Assembly: GCA_965205015.1 (NCBI GenBank)
Contig: OZ242029.1
Coordinates: 1,728,001 to 1,792,000 of the forward strand
Direction of reading: 5' to 3'
From: Candidatus Poribacteria bacterium
GTDB taxonomy: Bacteria; Poribacteria; WGA-4E; WGA-3G
Length of the DNA: 64,000 bases
Every line of letters begins with the position of its first letter. The stretch's first letter is position 1. Shown here piece by piece: positions 9,059 through 19,228 of this stretch. Below the pieces are notes generated by a model. It was not told where the DNA came from. It saw only the letters and a list, made by a program, of their open reading frames with translations, and did no database searches. The position numbers and the translations under genes are program-made.

Positions 9059-11008
9059 ATGAAATTGACAAACAGCACCTTTACATCTCAATATTTGCTT
9101 GCGGATGAACAGATTCGCCATTTTATTGTGAATGGATATATCAACGTCACCGCTGACGTACCGACGCGTATCCACGAAACTATCTACGACAAAACCGATG
9201 AACTCTTTGCCGGCGCGACGGATTTCCGAGGCGATAGGCAACACAACCCGCTCAATAACATTTTACCGTTGGTGCCGGAACTTCAGGTCGTCTTGGAGTC
9301 TCCAGAGGTGCGCGGCGCGCTTACCAGCATTTTGGGGAACGGGTACGTCATGCACCCGCATCGGCATTGCCACCCCAATTTCGCGGGAAGCACACCGAGC
9401 AGGAAGGAAGACAGCGAAGAGCGATTGATGATGCCGCTTCATAAAGATGGACACGCCGGTGGGAAGCGCCCACGGCATCGAACACCTCGCTGGGCGATTC
9501 TCTTCTATTATCCGCAACCTTGTCTTGCCGAGCAGGGACCGACCTGTATCATTCCCGGGACGCAATACCTCCGAGAATTTATGCTGGGGGGTGAACGTCA
9601 ACGGCACGAGATACATGCCGAGGGTGGAAACGGGACACGACGCCTTTCCGAAGATTTCCTGAATCGCAATCTTGTCCCGATGTCCGGTGAACTCGGCACG
9701 GTGTGGATTATGCACTTTGATATGGTGCATTCGTTCCTGCAGAACTATGTTCCTCTGAATCGCTACGGCATGAAATTCGTCTTTATGCGGACCGAGCAGC
9801 CGACAGTCCCTTCATGGAACAGTGATACCTCTATGTGGCAACCGCCTGAAGTCAACCACGTCCCTTACGATGCGGAGATCCTCTGGACGTATATCTGGAA
9901 TTGGATGTACGGCAAGACGGATCTATATGAAACCAACCGTTCAGATACCACGATGGAGATAGCATCAGCGGTTGCGGCATTGAAAGCAGACGATCCGAAC
10001 GAGCGTATGAAAGCCGCCAACGAATTGGGTTTTTGGCACAGCTTGCAAGCCAAAACGTGCTCTAAAAATGCACGAACGGACGCCGCGGCGGCTGTCCCTG
10101 CACTTGTAGATGCGCTTGAAGATAGTTATGAACCCGTCCGTCGGAACGCCATCTATGCACTGGGTGCGATCGGTGAACCCGCCGTTGAACCCCTCGTTGG
10201 TGCGCTTAATTCAGAAAAAGAGGCGTTTGATATGGAGCCGATTCTCCATATCTGTGATGCCGCCCACGGACTCGCCGCAACGGGTACATCGGAAGCCGTG
10301 CCCGCCCTCGTAACGGCTTTACAGGACGAACGCGAGAACGTACGCGCTTCGGCGGCGTATGCGTTAGGCGAGATGGGACCTGTCGCCGCAGAGGCAGTTG
10401 ATGGGCTGATTGCGTTGCTAACGGATGAATCGGAAGAGGTGAGACGGCATGCGATCTCTGCACTCGGTATGATTAAGGTGCCAGTATCCAAGACGGTTCC
10501 CGCGTTGGTAGAAGTGCTGGAGGATCGCGAAGACACGGATTTAGCGTTCTTTGCGGCGCAGGCATTGACCCGTATTGGACCGGATGCAACGGCGGCTATT
10601 CCTGCGTTAGGAGAGGCATTAATGAGCGAATCGGCGTATGTGCGTGGGTTCTCCTCTGAGGCGTTGAGTCGGATTGGCACCGCTGAAGCACTGCAGGCTC
10701 TCGTGCCGTTCCTGCGGACTGCGCGTTGGTTTAACTACGTTAAGAAAACCATGCCAGCTTTCAGCATTGAATTGAAGGACGCAAAATCCGCACCGAGTGA
10801 CGCCGATTCGCTCACGCAATTAATTCAAGAGTGGGCGGAACAGAAAGACATTCCTTTGCCGAAGACGGAGGCGATCTCAAAGGACTCGGATACACAATTT
10901 CAGGTGACCTTCAGCGATGGCAGACGGGTGACTGCACGGGTTGAAGGGGACGTGCTAAACCTCTATCGTAAAACGCGGGTCGAGGCTGGATTTAAGACAT
11001 ATCGTTAG
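9059..11008 (+). CDS. PhyH-like Fe(II)/2-oxoglutarate dioxygenase domain fused to HEAT repeats
   Basis: ATG at 9059 after GAGGT. HKD...MVH facial triad and QGPTCIIPGT; C-terminal VRxxAxxALGxIG HEAT repeats. Confidence 0.85.
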   Translation: MKLTNSTFTSQYLLADEQIRHFIVNGYINVTADVPTRIHETIYDKTDELFAGATDFRGDRQHNPLNNILPLVPELQVVLESPEVRGALTSILGNGYVMHPHRHCHPNFAGSTPSRKEDSEERLMMPLHKDGHAGGKRPRHRTPRWAILFYYPQPCLAEQGPTCIIPGTQYLREFMLGGERQRHEIHAEGGNGTRRLSEDFLNRNLVPMSGELGTVWIMHFDMVHSFLQNYVPLNRYGMKFVFMRTEQPTVPSWNSDTSMWQPPEVNHVPYDAEILWTYIWNWMYGKTDLYETNRSDTTMEIASAVAALKADDPNERMKAANELGFWHSLQAKTCSKNARTDAAAAVPALVDALEDSYEPVRRNAIYALGAIGEPAVEPLVGALNSEKEAFDMEPILHICDAAHGLAATGTSEAVPALVTALQDERENVRASAAYALGEMGPVAAEAVDGLIALLTDESEEVRRHAISALGMIKVPVSKTVPALVEVLEDREDTDLAFFAAQALTRIGPDATAAIPALGEALMSESAYVRGFSSEALSRIGTAEALQALVPFLRTARWFNYVKKTMPAFSIELKDAKSAPSDADSLTQLIQEWAEQKDIPLPKTEAISKDSDTQFQVTFSDGRRVTARVEGDVLNLYRKTRVEAGFKTYR

Positions 11009-11067
11009 GGAAAGTGAAGCACGCCAAGCCCGCGGGCATTAAACGATATGAAAGGGACATTAAAAAA

Positions 11068-11475
11068 ATGGATTGTATCTTTTGTGCGATTGTTGCCGGT
11101 GATATTCCAGCAGCTAAGGTGTATGAAGATGAACATGTCTTCGCATTCATGGATATTGCTCCTGCAAACCCGGGGCATACCCTCGTTATACCGAAGCAAC
11201 ACTATCGAAATATCTATGATATGCCTGCGGAAGTAGGCGGTAAAATTATGCAAGCCGCGGTTTCACTCGCAAATGCGATCCGGACGGCATTGAACCCTGA
11301 CGGGCTTAACCTCTTTCAATCGAATGAAGCCGCAGGATTTCAGACCGTTTTCCATTTCCATCTCCACCTGATCCCGCGATGGGAAGGCGATCCGCTCCGG
11401 TTACCATGGCGACCGAGCGAGGGAGATATGGCAGAAATCGGCAACATTGCAGCAAAAATTCGGGAGGTTCTGTAG
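11068..11475 (+). CDS. HIT family hydrolase
   Basis: MDCIFC zinc motif, GHTLVIPK, HFHLHLIPR histidine triad. Confidence 0.93.
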   Translation: MDCIFCAIVAGDIPAAKVYEDEHVFAFMDIAPANPGHTLVIPKQHYRNIYDMPAEVGGKIMQAAVSLANAIRTALNPDGLNLFQSNEAAGFQTVFHFHLHLIPRWEGDPLRLPWRPSEGDMAEIGNIAAKIREVL

Positions 11476-11478
11476 AAA

Positions 11479-12192
11479 ATGAATATCTTGATTACCTCCG
11501 CTGGTTCTGAACTGGCGCGCAACGTCGCGGGAACATTAGCGGAAGAACACACCCTCCGCTTGACGGAGCTGTATCCTGTTGACACTGTTGAAGGAACGTT
11601 CGTGCAAAGCGAACTTGGACACGACGAGTCAACCAACGAACTCGTCCGCGGCATGGATACCATTATCCACATCGCTGAAATGCCGCCTGATCTCCTGGGG
11701 TCCGAAGCTGACGAACCCGACAATTACGCTATCGATTATCAGACGCGCTGCACTTATAACCTCCTGATGGCAGCATCGGAGGAAGGCGTGAAACATGCCA
11801 TTTACGCAAGTACGCTCCGCCTCTTTGAGCAGCACGGTGAAGACTGGACGGTTACAGAGAGTTGGCGACCTCGTCCTTCTGTTGATAGTTTCGTGCTTTC
11901 AAAGCATCTCGGTGAGTTCACATGTAGAGAATTCGGTCGCGAGGGCAAACTCAATGTGACGTGCCTCCGTCTCGGGAACCTCATTACTGCTGATGCTGCA
12001 GCAACCGCTGAGCCGGATGCAATGTGGCTTGAGATGAGCGATGCGGTCGCTGCCTTCCAAGGGGCGCTTGAATCGCCTTCGCCGTGGCGAGTCTTTCACA
12101 TCCAGTCAGAGTTCCCCGGCTCCCGTTTTTCGATCGGGAAAGCCAAAGGGCATCTGAAGTTCGATCCACAATTCGTGCCATCATCTCAGTAG
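11479..12192 (+). CDS. NAD-dependent epimerase/dehydratase-like protein with degenerate motifs
   Basis: Extended-SDR layout, but TSAGSELA replaces GxxGxxG and FVLSK replaces YxxxK. Confidence 0.7.
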   Translation: MNILITSAGSELARNVAGTLAEEHTLRLTELYPVDTVEGTFVQSELGHDESTNELVRGMDTIIHIAEMPPDLLGSEADEPDNYAIDYQTRCTYNLLMAASEEGVKHAIYASTLRLFEQHGEDWTVTESWRPRPSVDSFVLSKHLGEFTCREFGREGKLNVTCLRLGNLITADAAATAEPDAMWLEMSDAVAAFQGALESPSPWRVFHIQSEFPGSRFSIGKAKGHLKFDPQFVPSSQ

Positions 12193-12220
12193 GAGCGACG
12201 TTTTCTCAAGGAGGAATACA

Positions 12221-12946
12221 ATGAAAGTTCTCATTTTGGGTGGTAATGGGTATCTTGGACCGCATGTCGTCAAGGCGTTGGAGCCTTACTATACTTTGCG
12301 TGTTACAGACATCAACGAGATTGAAACGAAACACGAATCGATGCACATTGATGTCGGTTCACTGGATCAGGTGATGCGAGCGGCTGAGGGGATGGACGCG
12401 ATTCTCAATTGTTCCGTCCTACGACACGATCGACAGCTGGCTTTTGATGTGAGTACACGTGGCTGTTACAATACGATGCGCGCCGCCGTCGAACACGGTA
12501 TCCGTCGCGTTATCAACACGGGACCCCATTTCACCATCCAAGGCGATGACTATACCACCTACGATTACGAGATTAACCCGGATGTTCCACCACATACAAG
12601 CACCGGACTCTATCCGTTAACCAAGGGATTAGGACAGGAAATCTGTAAAGTCTTCACTGAACATTACGACATCTATGTTCTCTGCTATCTGTTCCTGAGT
12701 TTCCGGGAACACGACGATCCTGCGGAAGGCACCGATCTCAATCCATTTTCCGTCAGTTGGCGGGACGCAGGTGAAGCCTTCCGGCTGGGTCTGGAGATCG
12801 ATTTGGAGGACCTCCCATCACGCTGTGAGATTTTCAACATCTTCGCAGATTTACCGCATCAGCAGTTCTCGAACCTCAAAACGAAGCGGATTTTAGGTTT
12901 TGCGCCTCAAGATAACTTTGAACGAATGTGGCATAAGAAGGATTGA
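12221..12946 (+). CDS. NAD-dependent epimerase/dehydratase (uronate dehydrogenase-like)
   Basis: LGGNGYLG, YPLTK; AGGAGG RBS. Confidence 0.85.
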   Translation: MKVLILGGNGYLGPHVVKALEPYYTLRVTDINEIETKHESMHIDVGSLDQVMRAAEGMDAILNCSVLRHDRQLAFDVSTRGCYNTMRAAVEHGIRRVINTGPHFTIQGDDYTTYDYEINPDVPPHTSTGLYPLTKGLGQEICKVFTEHYDIYVLCYLFLSFREHDDPAEGTDLNPFSVSWRDAGEAFRLGLEIDLEDLPSRCEIFNIFADLPHQQFSNLKTKRILGFAPQDNFERMWHKKD

Positions 12947-13078
12947 GTTACGGTCGCATCCACGCGCACAGCACCTTGCATCCGATAGAAATCTGTGTTA
13001 AACTTATAGCATTCAGAAATTATAGATAGGCGCGAGTTAGACCAGAAACGTCTATCAAACATCCAAGGAGGCGTATGG

Positions 13079-13567
13079 ATGGCACACATTGAGAACTCAG
13101 CGGAACTAAGGGTTGAACATTTGCTGCATAGCGTTAAACAGTTATCGCCTGTCGAATTAGATGAATTCACTCGAAAGTTAACAGAATGGCAGCAACGGCA
13201 GGAAGCAGCGATAGGCAAAGATGTGGATCCTAATGCCTCGGATGCTACAATTGTAGCATTCATAAGGAAAAATTCGCAATTGCCTGAAAAGAAGAATCGA
13301 CGTTATTGGCAGTTACGGCACAAACGTGAAGATGAAACTTTAAGCGATAATGAAATGTCAGAGTATGAAGAATTGATCAGACAGTTGGAGACTATGAACG
13401 TCAAACGTCTTGAAGCCTTAACTATCTTAGTGCAACGTTGGGACAAACCTGTAAGGGAAATTATGGCGGAATTGGGACTATACGTGTCTCATTTTGATGA
13501 GCCCCAATTCTCTGAGGCGTCTGTGCAAGGAGTTCGTTCTGAGATCCCAAGACGAGGAGAAGGTTAG
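13079..13567 (+). CDS. Hypothetical helical protein preceding an HNH nuclease
   Basis: Strong AAGGAGG RBS; RYWQLRHKREDETLS...E...NVKRLEAL pattern resembles small proteins found upstream of HNH genes. Confidence 0.7.
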   Translation: MAHIENSAELRVEHLLHSVKQLSPVELDEFTRKLTEWQQRQEAAIGKDVDPNASDATIVAFIRKNSQLPEKKNRRYWQLRHKREDETLSDNEMSEYEELIRQLETMNVKRLEALTILVQRWDKPVREIMAELGLYVSHFDEPQFSEASVQGVRSEIPRRGEG

Positions 13568-13573
13568 AAAGCA

Positions 13574-14005
13574 ATGCCTTCTGATCCGATCTCTCTGACT
13601 TTACGCCGCCGGGTTCAAGAGCGTGCCGGAGGATTTTGCGAATACTGCCGAGCCTCTGATAGTTTTGCCACCTCTCCTTTTCATTGTGAGCATATCATTC
13701 CTCAAAGTGCTGGAGGCGAGAGTATACTGGATAATTTGGCGTGGGCATGCCCGCGGTGCAACAATCATAAACACGCTAAAACGCATGCTCGCGATCCGCA
13801 GACAGGACGACGTGTTCCGCTCTTTAACCCACGTCTGAAAAAGTGGAAACGGCATTTTATATGGAGCGAAAACTCTTTATCTATCATTGGACGGACACAA
13901 ATAGGCAGAGCGACAATTGAAGCGTTGCATATGAATCTTCCTCAGCGGATAAACCTACGAAGAGCGTTGCTAAGTTTAGGGGAACATCCAGCAGAAATTG
14001 ATTGA
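13574..14005 (+). CDS. HNH endonuclease
   Basis: CEYC...EHIIPQSAGG...NLAWACPRCNNHK, LFNPR, GRATIEAL. Confidence 0.93.
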   Translation: MPSDPISLTLRRRVQERAGGFCEYCRASDSFATSPFHCEHIIPQSAGGESILDNLAWACPRCNNHKHAKTHARDPQTGRRVPLFNPRLKKWKRHFIWSENSLSIIGRTQIGRATIEALHMNLPQRINLRRALLSLGEHPAEID

Positions 14006-14014
14006 GTAATAACT

Positions 14015-14785
14015 ATGCGGATTAAACTCTTAGCACACCGGGGAGGCATGGGGCGTGCCCCCGAAAACACCCTTGCTTCCTTCAGGCAGGCATTGGCGGA
14101 CGGGGCTGATGGATATGAGTGTGATGTCTGTCTCACCCAGGATAAACAACCCGTCCTAATTCACGTTGGCTTCAACCGACACAGTATTCGGGAAGCGACG
14201 GGATGCTCTGAATCCCTCAGTGAACTGACTTGGAAAGAGGTCCAGCAACTAACCATGGAGGCATCTAATGAACCTGTTGCCCACCTTGATGATGCCCTCC
14301 GTTTCACACGAGAAAACCAAATGCCGTGCTTCCTTGAACCGAAGACGGACACACCAGAATTACTCCCAATCCTCGTAGAACGGATCCGCCATTTTGAAGT
14401 CGTTCATCTTGTCAATATTCTCACGTTTTACTTCCGAAAGCATCTGCTTGTGGAAGCGAAGCGTTTAGAACCGAAGTTGCAGACGAGTGCCATTCTCATT
14501 AATCCGGCGGCGAACTTCCTCAAGGCGAGGACGGCTATTGATGCAGATCGCATCATCTTAGGCTGGAGTGGGATTAATCACTTCGGGCTTTATAACACGT
14601 TCACACGGACGGTTACGCGCCAAGTCAAGCAGCTCCAGGCACATGGGATCGCTGTAGATGCCGGGTTTATTCTGACAGCGCAGGATGTCGCTTGGGCGGT
14701 TTCGCCGCAGAAAGCAGGGGGTGTTGATGGCTTGTGGGCGGACGATGTGCCTTACATCAGACGGTGTCTCCAAGAGATTTTTTAA
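14015..14785 (+). CDS. Glycerophosphodiester phosphodiesterase family protein
   Basis: AHRGG...PENTLASF...GADGYECDV...IH; C-terminal GVDGLWAD. Confidence 0.88.
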   Translation: MRIKLLAHRGGMGRAPENTLASFRQALADGADGYECDVCLTQDKQPVLIHVGFNRHSIREATGCSESLSELTWKEVQQLTMEASNEPVAHLDDALRFTRENQMPCFLEPKTDTPELLPILVERIRHFEVVHLVNILTFYFRKHLLVEAKRLEPKLQTSAILINPAANFLKARTAIDADRIILGWSGINHFGLYNTFTRTVTRQVKQLQAHGIAVDAGFILTAQDVAWAVSPQKAGGVDGLWADDVPYIRRCLQEIF

Positions 14786-15411
14786 GTTTCCGTGTACCAT
14801 GCAATAGATTCGTTTTGGAGGTAGGGAAGCAGCAGACTCTGGAGTTTCCGACGTGCGTGGTGCAGGTATGTTTTAACCGTGCTCTCCGACTTGCCCAAGC
14901 GTGATGCAATCTCCTTTATCGGGAGTCCCTCCCAGTGACGCAAGTAAAAGGCACTGCGTTGAATAAGAGGCAGCTGGTAGACGGCTTTACGGATGATGTG
15001 TTCGAGTTCTTTCCTTTCGAGAAGTGTACAAGGCGAAGGTTGCACCTCGGCCATTTGAAGTGTATCGTCTGCGTTCTGAGGTAATTCCTCGAATCCTATA
15101 ATATGTTGTTTATTTCGTTTGCGGAGAAAGTCAATGCTACGATTGACGGCAATTTGGTAAAGCCAACTGTAAAATACGCATTGTCCCTTGAAGTTAGGCA
15201 ATGCCTGCCACGCCTTCAGGAAGACCTCTTGGCAGAGGTCTTTCGCTGTTTCTCGATCCCGAACTTTGCGATAAATCAGATTATAGATTTTTTGTTGATA
15301 TTTGTAAACGAGTGGGTTAAACGCCTCTGTATCGCCATTTTGGGCGCGCGCGACAAGTTCCGCCTCGTCGAAATCGTTGAGTTCAGTGTGTGTTGTTAAA
15401 GCACTTCTCAT
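14782..15411 (-). CDS. ECF RNA polymerase sigma factor
   Basis: ATG at 15411 avoids overlap with the upstream gene. AFNPLVYKY, DLCQEVFLKAW, FYSWLYQIAVN (region 2); EIASRLGKSESTVKTYLHHARRKL (region 4). Confidence 0.92.
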   Translation of the reverse strand: MRSALTTHTELNDFDEAELVARAQNGDTEAFNPLVYKYQQKIYNLIYRKVRDRETAKDLCQEVFLKAWQALPNFKGQCVFYSWLYQIAVNRSIDFLRKRNKQHIIGFEELPQNADDTLQMAEVQPSPCTLLERKELEHIIRKAVYQLPLIQRSAFYLRHWEGLPIKEIASRLGKSESTVKTYLHHARRKLQSLLLPYLQNESIAWYTET

Positions 15412-15445
15412 ATTTTTCTCCTTATGGATATCTTTGGTGCGTATC

Positions 15446-16855
15446 CTATTCGATCCATTGCATTGTTTCTCGAAGGTGTTCCTTTGCTTTCGCATAATCT
15501 CGGCGAGCTTGATAAAAGACACGTTGTGCCACTGTAAATTGTGCTTGTGTTTCAAACGCATCGTTATAAGTCATATTTTGATATCCGGGTATTTCAACCG
15601 TGACTTCATCGAGCACGCGTTCTATGGTTCGTAGCCTTTGCTCAAAAATTCTCACGCGTGTTTCTTCGATCTCCGCCCGTTCTTTGGCATTCGCCACGGC
15701 ACGGTAAGCACGTCGCACCTCTACACGGATTGACTTTGTTTTTTCGACGTACTCCAACTGAAGTCGTTCAAGTTCTGCGAGTTCTACGGCGCGAAGATTT
15801 TTCGTTTTGTTCCCATCGTATAACGGAATGTTGAAGTTGAAACGCAGTTCCCACCCATCTTGTGTCCGCGGACGGGTTTGAAAAAGACTTGATGCATCTC
15901 GCTCACGGTCGAGTATCACCGGATCGTAGAGTGCCTTTGCGTCCCAGGTCTGGTTCTGTTGGTGTTGTTCCAGCAGCACATGAAGGTCCTTGTAACGGGC
16001 TTCAGCGGAGAGTTCGGGAAATCGATTCCAGATTGTCTCCGCGGCGAGCCGCTCTTGACGCACGATAGTGCCCTGTAAGTCGTGTAAATCCAGGTTGTTT
16101 GCGAGTGCGAGTTCAACTGCCTTCTCTAATGTCATGTCGTCCTCAGAAAGAGGGTGTGAGAGCATAACTTGTGCCAGTGGATCGAGTCCGGTGAGACGAA
16201 TGAGTTCCGCGGTGTCTACATCAAGCCTACGCTGCAGCTCATTGAGAGCAAGCTGCTGCTCGGAGAGTTCAAGTTCCGTGTTGAGGCGACTGAGGAAAGG
16301 GATCCGTTTTTCTGCGTGCCTGATTTGTGTGCCTTTCAGTTTTTTATTGAGTTCTACCTCAATCGCACGCCGTTCCTGAATCTCTTCCTGTGTAAGGATG
16401 ATATTGTTCCAGAGATTACGAACATCGTGAACGCTCTGCTTTTTGGCGCGTTCGTATTCAATCTCTGCCTTGCGGACCTCCTCCTGTGTGGCATCAAGGG
16501 CTTCGGGGATCTCACCGAATTGGGCGAGCAGCATACTTGCTTGTGCGCGGGTGAGGTAGTCTCTTTCATCAATATCGCCATTTTTTTGGCGTTGATATTC
16601 ACCCGTGACGCCCACTTGTGGGAGGTAAATGGCTTTGGACACACGGAGGTTTGCCTTGGCGCGTTCCACCACTTTTTCCGCCTTTTTCACCGTTTCATTG
16701 TTTTGTAGCGCGAGTTCGATTGCACGTGCCGGCTGAAGTACGACCATCCGCTGTGCTGAGACGGTGCTCCCAATGGTAAAGAATAGGCAGATCGCTAATA
16801 CTTTTGTTAACTTCTTATTCACTACTATCTCCATATATTGGTTATCGGAAACCAC
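15446..16855 (-). CDS. TolC-family outer membrane efflux protein
   Basis: Signal peptide; two repeats AIELALQNN...LPQV and LEKAVELALANN...FPEL; FNIPLYDG. Confidence 0.8.
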   Translation of the reverse strand: MVSDNQYMEIVVNKKLTKVLAICLFFTIGSTVSAQRMVVLQPARAIELALQNNETVKKAEKVVERAKANLRVSKAIYLPQVGVTGEYQRQKNGDIDERDYLTRAQASMLLAQFGEIPEALDATQEEVRKAEIEYERAKKQSVHDVRNLWNNIILTQEEIQERRAIEVELNKKLKGTQIRHAEKRIPFLSRLNTELELSEQQLALNELQRRLDVDTAELIRLTGLDPLAQVMLSHPLSEDDMTLEKAVELALANNLDLHDLQGTIVRQERLAAETIWNRFPELSAEARYKDLHVLLEQHQQNQTWDAKALYDPVILDRERDASSLFQTRPRTQDGWELRFNFNIPLYDGNKTKNLRAVELAELERLQLEYVEKTKSIRVEVRRAYRAVANAKERAEIEETRVRIFEQRLRTIERVLDEVTVEIPGYQNMTYNDAFETQAQFTVAQRVFYQARRDYAKAKEHLRETMQWIE

Positions 16856-16861
16856 TATTTC

Positions 16862-19201
16862 TCAACGTCTGCTGATACGGATTGTAACGATAACAATTCC
16901 AATCATCAGGAGTATTAACGCACCGAACAGCAACGTCGTCACCGACATTTGCGTCTGAGACTCCACTTGCACTGTGATTGATCGGTCGCGTGCCTCAAAC
17001 TTACGGTTATCCACGGTGACTTCGGCGTTCAACTTCGCTTGATATTCCCCCACGCCGATGTCCGCAGGTGGACTCAACGTCAGTTGGATCTCTGTCTCCT
17101 CGTTCCGGCTGAGTGAACCGATGACTTCAGGGATAACCGTGTATTTCCAATCCGTGTTGACATCGACGAGCATACGAATGTCCACGAGATCCCGGGTGCC
17201 GATATTCTTGAGCGTCGCTGTCATGTTCACCTCTTCGCCGATTTTAATCGTCTGGAAGGCGTTCGGCACGAATACCTCAATCTCCGGGACACCCTTTGGA
17301 ATTAATTCGAACCGTTCGACACCGCCTTGGATACTCGCAATCCTATCGGCAGGTAAATCCAAGCGATTGTTGACACCCCCGAGCTCATTTGCCTCGGCGT
17401 CATCGAGCACAGCGACGTAGAACTCAAGCGTGCTATCGAGGTAGGACGCATCCAATTCTTCTGGAAGATAGACAATCAACGATAGATTCCGTTTTGACTG
17501 TTCCTGCGTAAATTTTACCTGAGACTGCCGGGATTTCGTCTCTGGGTCTTGGAATTCAAAGTTGATGCGGTTGAGGAGGTTAATGACGCGGAGTTGGAAG
17601 GTGTTCTCCGTTTCTGCCAACCGGTCGAGCGTCAAATCGTAGGTGACGCTGCTTCCCAAGTTCCCTTCCTGCGAAAAGCGGAGCGAACTGACGTTTACCA
17701 CATCCAACGCCGACTCTTTTTGCAGATAGATAAGGCGTGTATCGGGTTCGACAAGTTCGGGGTACTTCAGCGATACCTTCAGACTTTCCACATCTTTCTG
17801 GAGTTGGAAGGTCAAATCCACGGTTTCGTTGTAACCGAGCACCGGGATCTTCTCTTCGTAGGGTTTGACGATGTTCGTGTCATCCGTAACGTCGAGTAAA
17901 GAGACATAGATAGCGCGGATCTCATTTGCTGCTGCAATCTCCTCAGGGGTCGCATCACTCGGCATTGCCTCAGTCGTGGACGTATTTTTCAGTTGGATCG
18001 TCACCATCATTTGGTTGTCAACGCGAAACTTCTTCGCACTCAGGATGGAGATATGGCGAGTATCCTCCTCAAGATGGATTTTATAGGGGATTTCCCGATC
18101 AAGGTAGTTCAGACTCACAGTGAGGTTATCCACATTGCGTCTCAGTTCAAAATCGAGCGTTTTCTCCTGTCCATCTCTCAATGCCGGAATGCGGTGTTCG
18201 TAAGGAAAACCGATGATAGATTCCGTGTCGTCTTTGATAGAGACGTAGACGTTGTTGATTTCCTGTGCGGTGTTGGTGTCTATTTCCTCTGTTTCACCTG
18301 TAATCACCCCGTACGTAAGGACGACTTCCAAACGCCGCCGGTCCCCCTGTTTGTAACGTCTCGCAGAGACCACAGAAATATACGGATCCTCCTGTTTGAG
18401 GTGGATGTTCTTCTGTTCCTCACGTCCCGAGTACTTCAACTCGACGACGACATCCCGCACGTTCTCTTTTATGAGTTCAAACTCCAGTGTGACAGACTCC
18501 CCTTCTTTGAGCGTCTCAATCCGTTGCTCGTAAGGTTCGGTGATAGTTGCCCCGCTTGTGCCATAACCTTCCTGCTCTTTAATCTCGACGAAGATGTCGT
18601 CAATCTGGGCACTAATGATAATTTCTCGTCCCAGCACTTTCGAGCTTTCAACGAGTTTGACGGGAGACGAACTATTCCGCAAGGTAATTGAGAACAGCTC
18701 CCGACCATCGGCGGATTCATAGAGCCTTGTTTTTTCAACGGTGATGTGCCACTCATCTTTCAGGGAATCAAGTTCCGTCTGTTGCAGCGTCAGCTTTGCC
18801 TGTTCATATTCATCGACGGCGCGTTCGTAAGCCTCCTCTGCGATATTCACTTCGGAGACGGTGACGATGTTATTTTCCTCCATCATCATCGCCTTGAGAT
18901 TTTCGAGGTCCACCTGCTTCTTATCCATTAGCTTTTTTGCCAATTCCATCTTCAGGCGATCGATTTCTATCAGGATTTGACGGTTTTGTTCCTCTTTCGT
19001 TTTCGGGCTGTTATCGTCAACAGGTGGAATCTCTTCTGACGCTGCTGCCAATGGAACAGGCAGTGATACCCCTATTGCACTCATAAATATCAGTGCAAAC
19101 ATCAAAGATTGAAAGATTGGAAAGTTGAAAGATTGGAAGGGTGGGGACCCTATCTTTCCATCCTTCCATCTGTCCTTTCCATACTTTTTCCATCCATCCA
19201 T
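16862..19201 (-). CDS. Exported protein with coiled coil, three tandem novel repeats, a NEW3-like Ig domain and a C-terminal TM anchor (start may be ATG at 19102)
   Basis: Signal-like segment; repeats containing IxxPYExxIxxLxxxxxxxLxFxL; LKNIGTRDL...W...P...L..P..IGVGEY NEW3-like region; C-terminal hydrophobic helix ending ISRR. Confidence 0.75.
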   Translation of the reverse strand: MDGWKKYGKDRWKDGKIGSPPFQSFNFPIFQSLMFALIFMSAIGVSLPVPLAAASEEIPPVDDNSPKTKEEQNRQILIEIDRLKMELAKKLMDKKQVDLENLKAMMMEENNIVTVSEVNIAEEAYERAVDEYEQAKLTLQQTELDSLKDEWHITVEKTRLYESADGRELFSITLRNSSSPVKLVESSKVLGREIIISAQIDDIFVEIKEQEGYGTSGATITEPYEQRIETLKEGESVTLEFELIKENVRDVVVELKYSGREEQKNIHLKQEDPYISVVSARRYKQGDRRRLEVVLTYGVITGETEEIDTNTAQEINNVYVSIKDDTESIIGFPYEHRIPALRDGQEKTLDFELRRNVDNLTVSLNYLDREIPYKIHLEEDTRHISILSAKKFRVDNQMMVTIQLKNTSTTEAMPSDATPEEIAAANEIRAIYVSLLDVTDDTNIVKPYEEKIPVLGYNETVDLTFQLQKDVESLKVSLKYPELVEPDTRLIYLQKESALDVVNVSSLRFSQEGNLGSSVTYDLTLDRLAETENTFQLRVINLLNRINFEFQDPETKSRQSQVKFTQEQSKRNLSLIVYLPEELDASYLDSTLEFYVAVLDDAEANELGGVNNRLDLPADRIASIQGGVERFELIPKGVPEIEVFVPNAFQTIKIGEEVNMTATLKNIGTRDLVDIRMLVDVNTDWKYTVIPEVIGSLSRNEETEIQLTLSPPADIGVGEYQAKLNAEVTVDNRKFEARDRSITVQVESQTQMSVTTLLFGALILLMIGIVIVTIRISRR
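19109..19200 (+). repeat. GGAAGATT/TTCCATCC-type short-period inverted array (copies also at 53691-53772 and 56659-56743)
   Basis: Run of ~8-nt units (ttgaaaga, ttggaaag, ttggaagg) followed by complementary ttccatcc units. Confidence 0.75.
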
Positions 19202-19228
19202 ATTTTTACCCTTCTAACCCAGTTCGGT

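Noticed and set aside
10153-10680. Long antisense ORFs (also 2888-3550, 17993-18691, 39857-40474, 44279-44812)
   Set aside because: Shadows of well-supported genes on the opposite strand, with no recognisable motifs.
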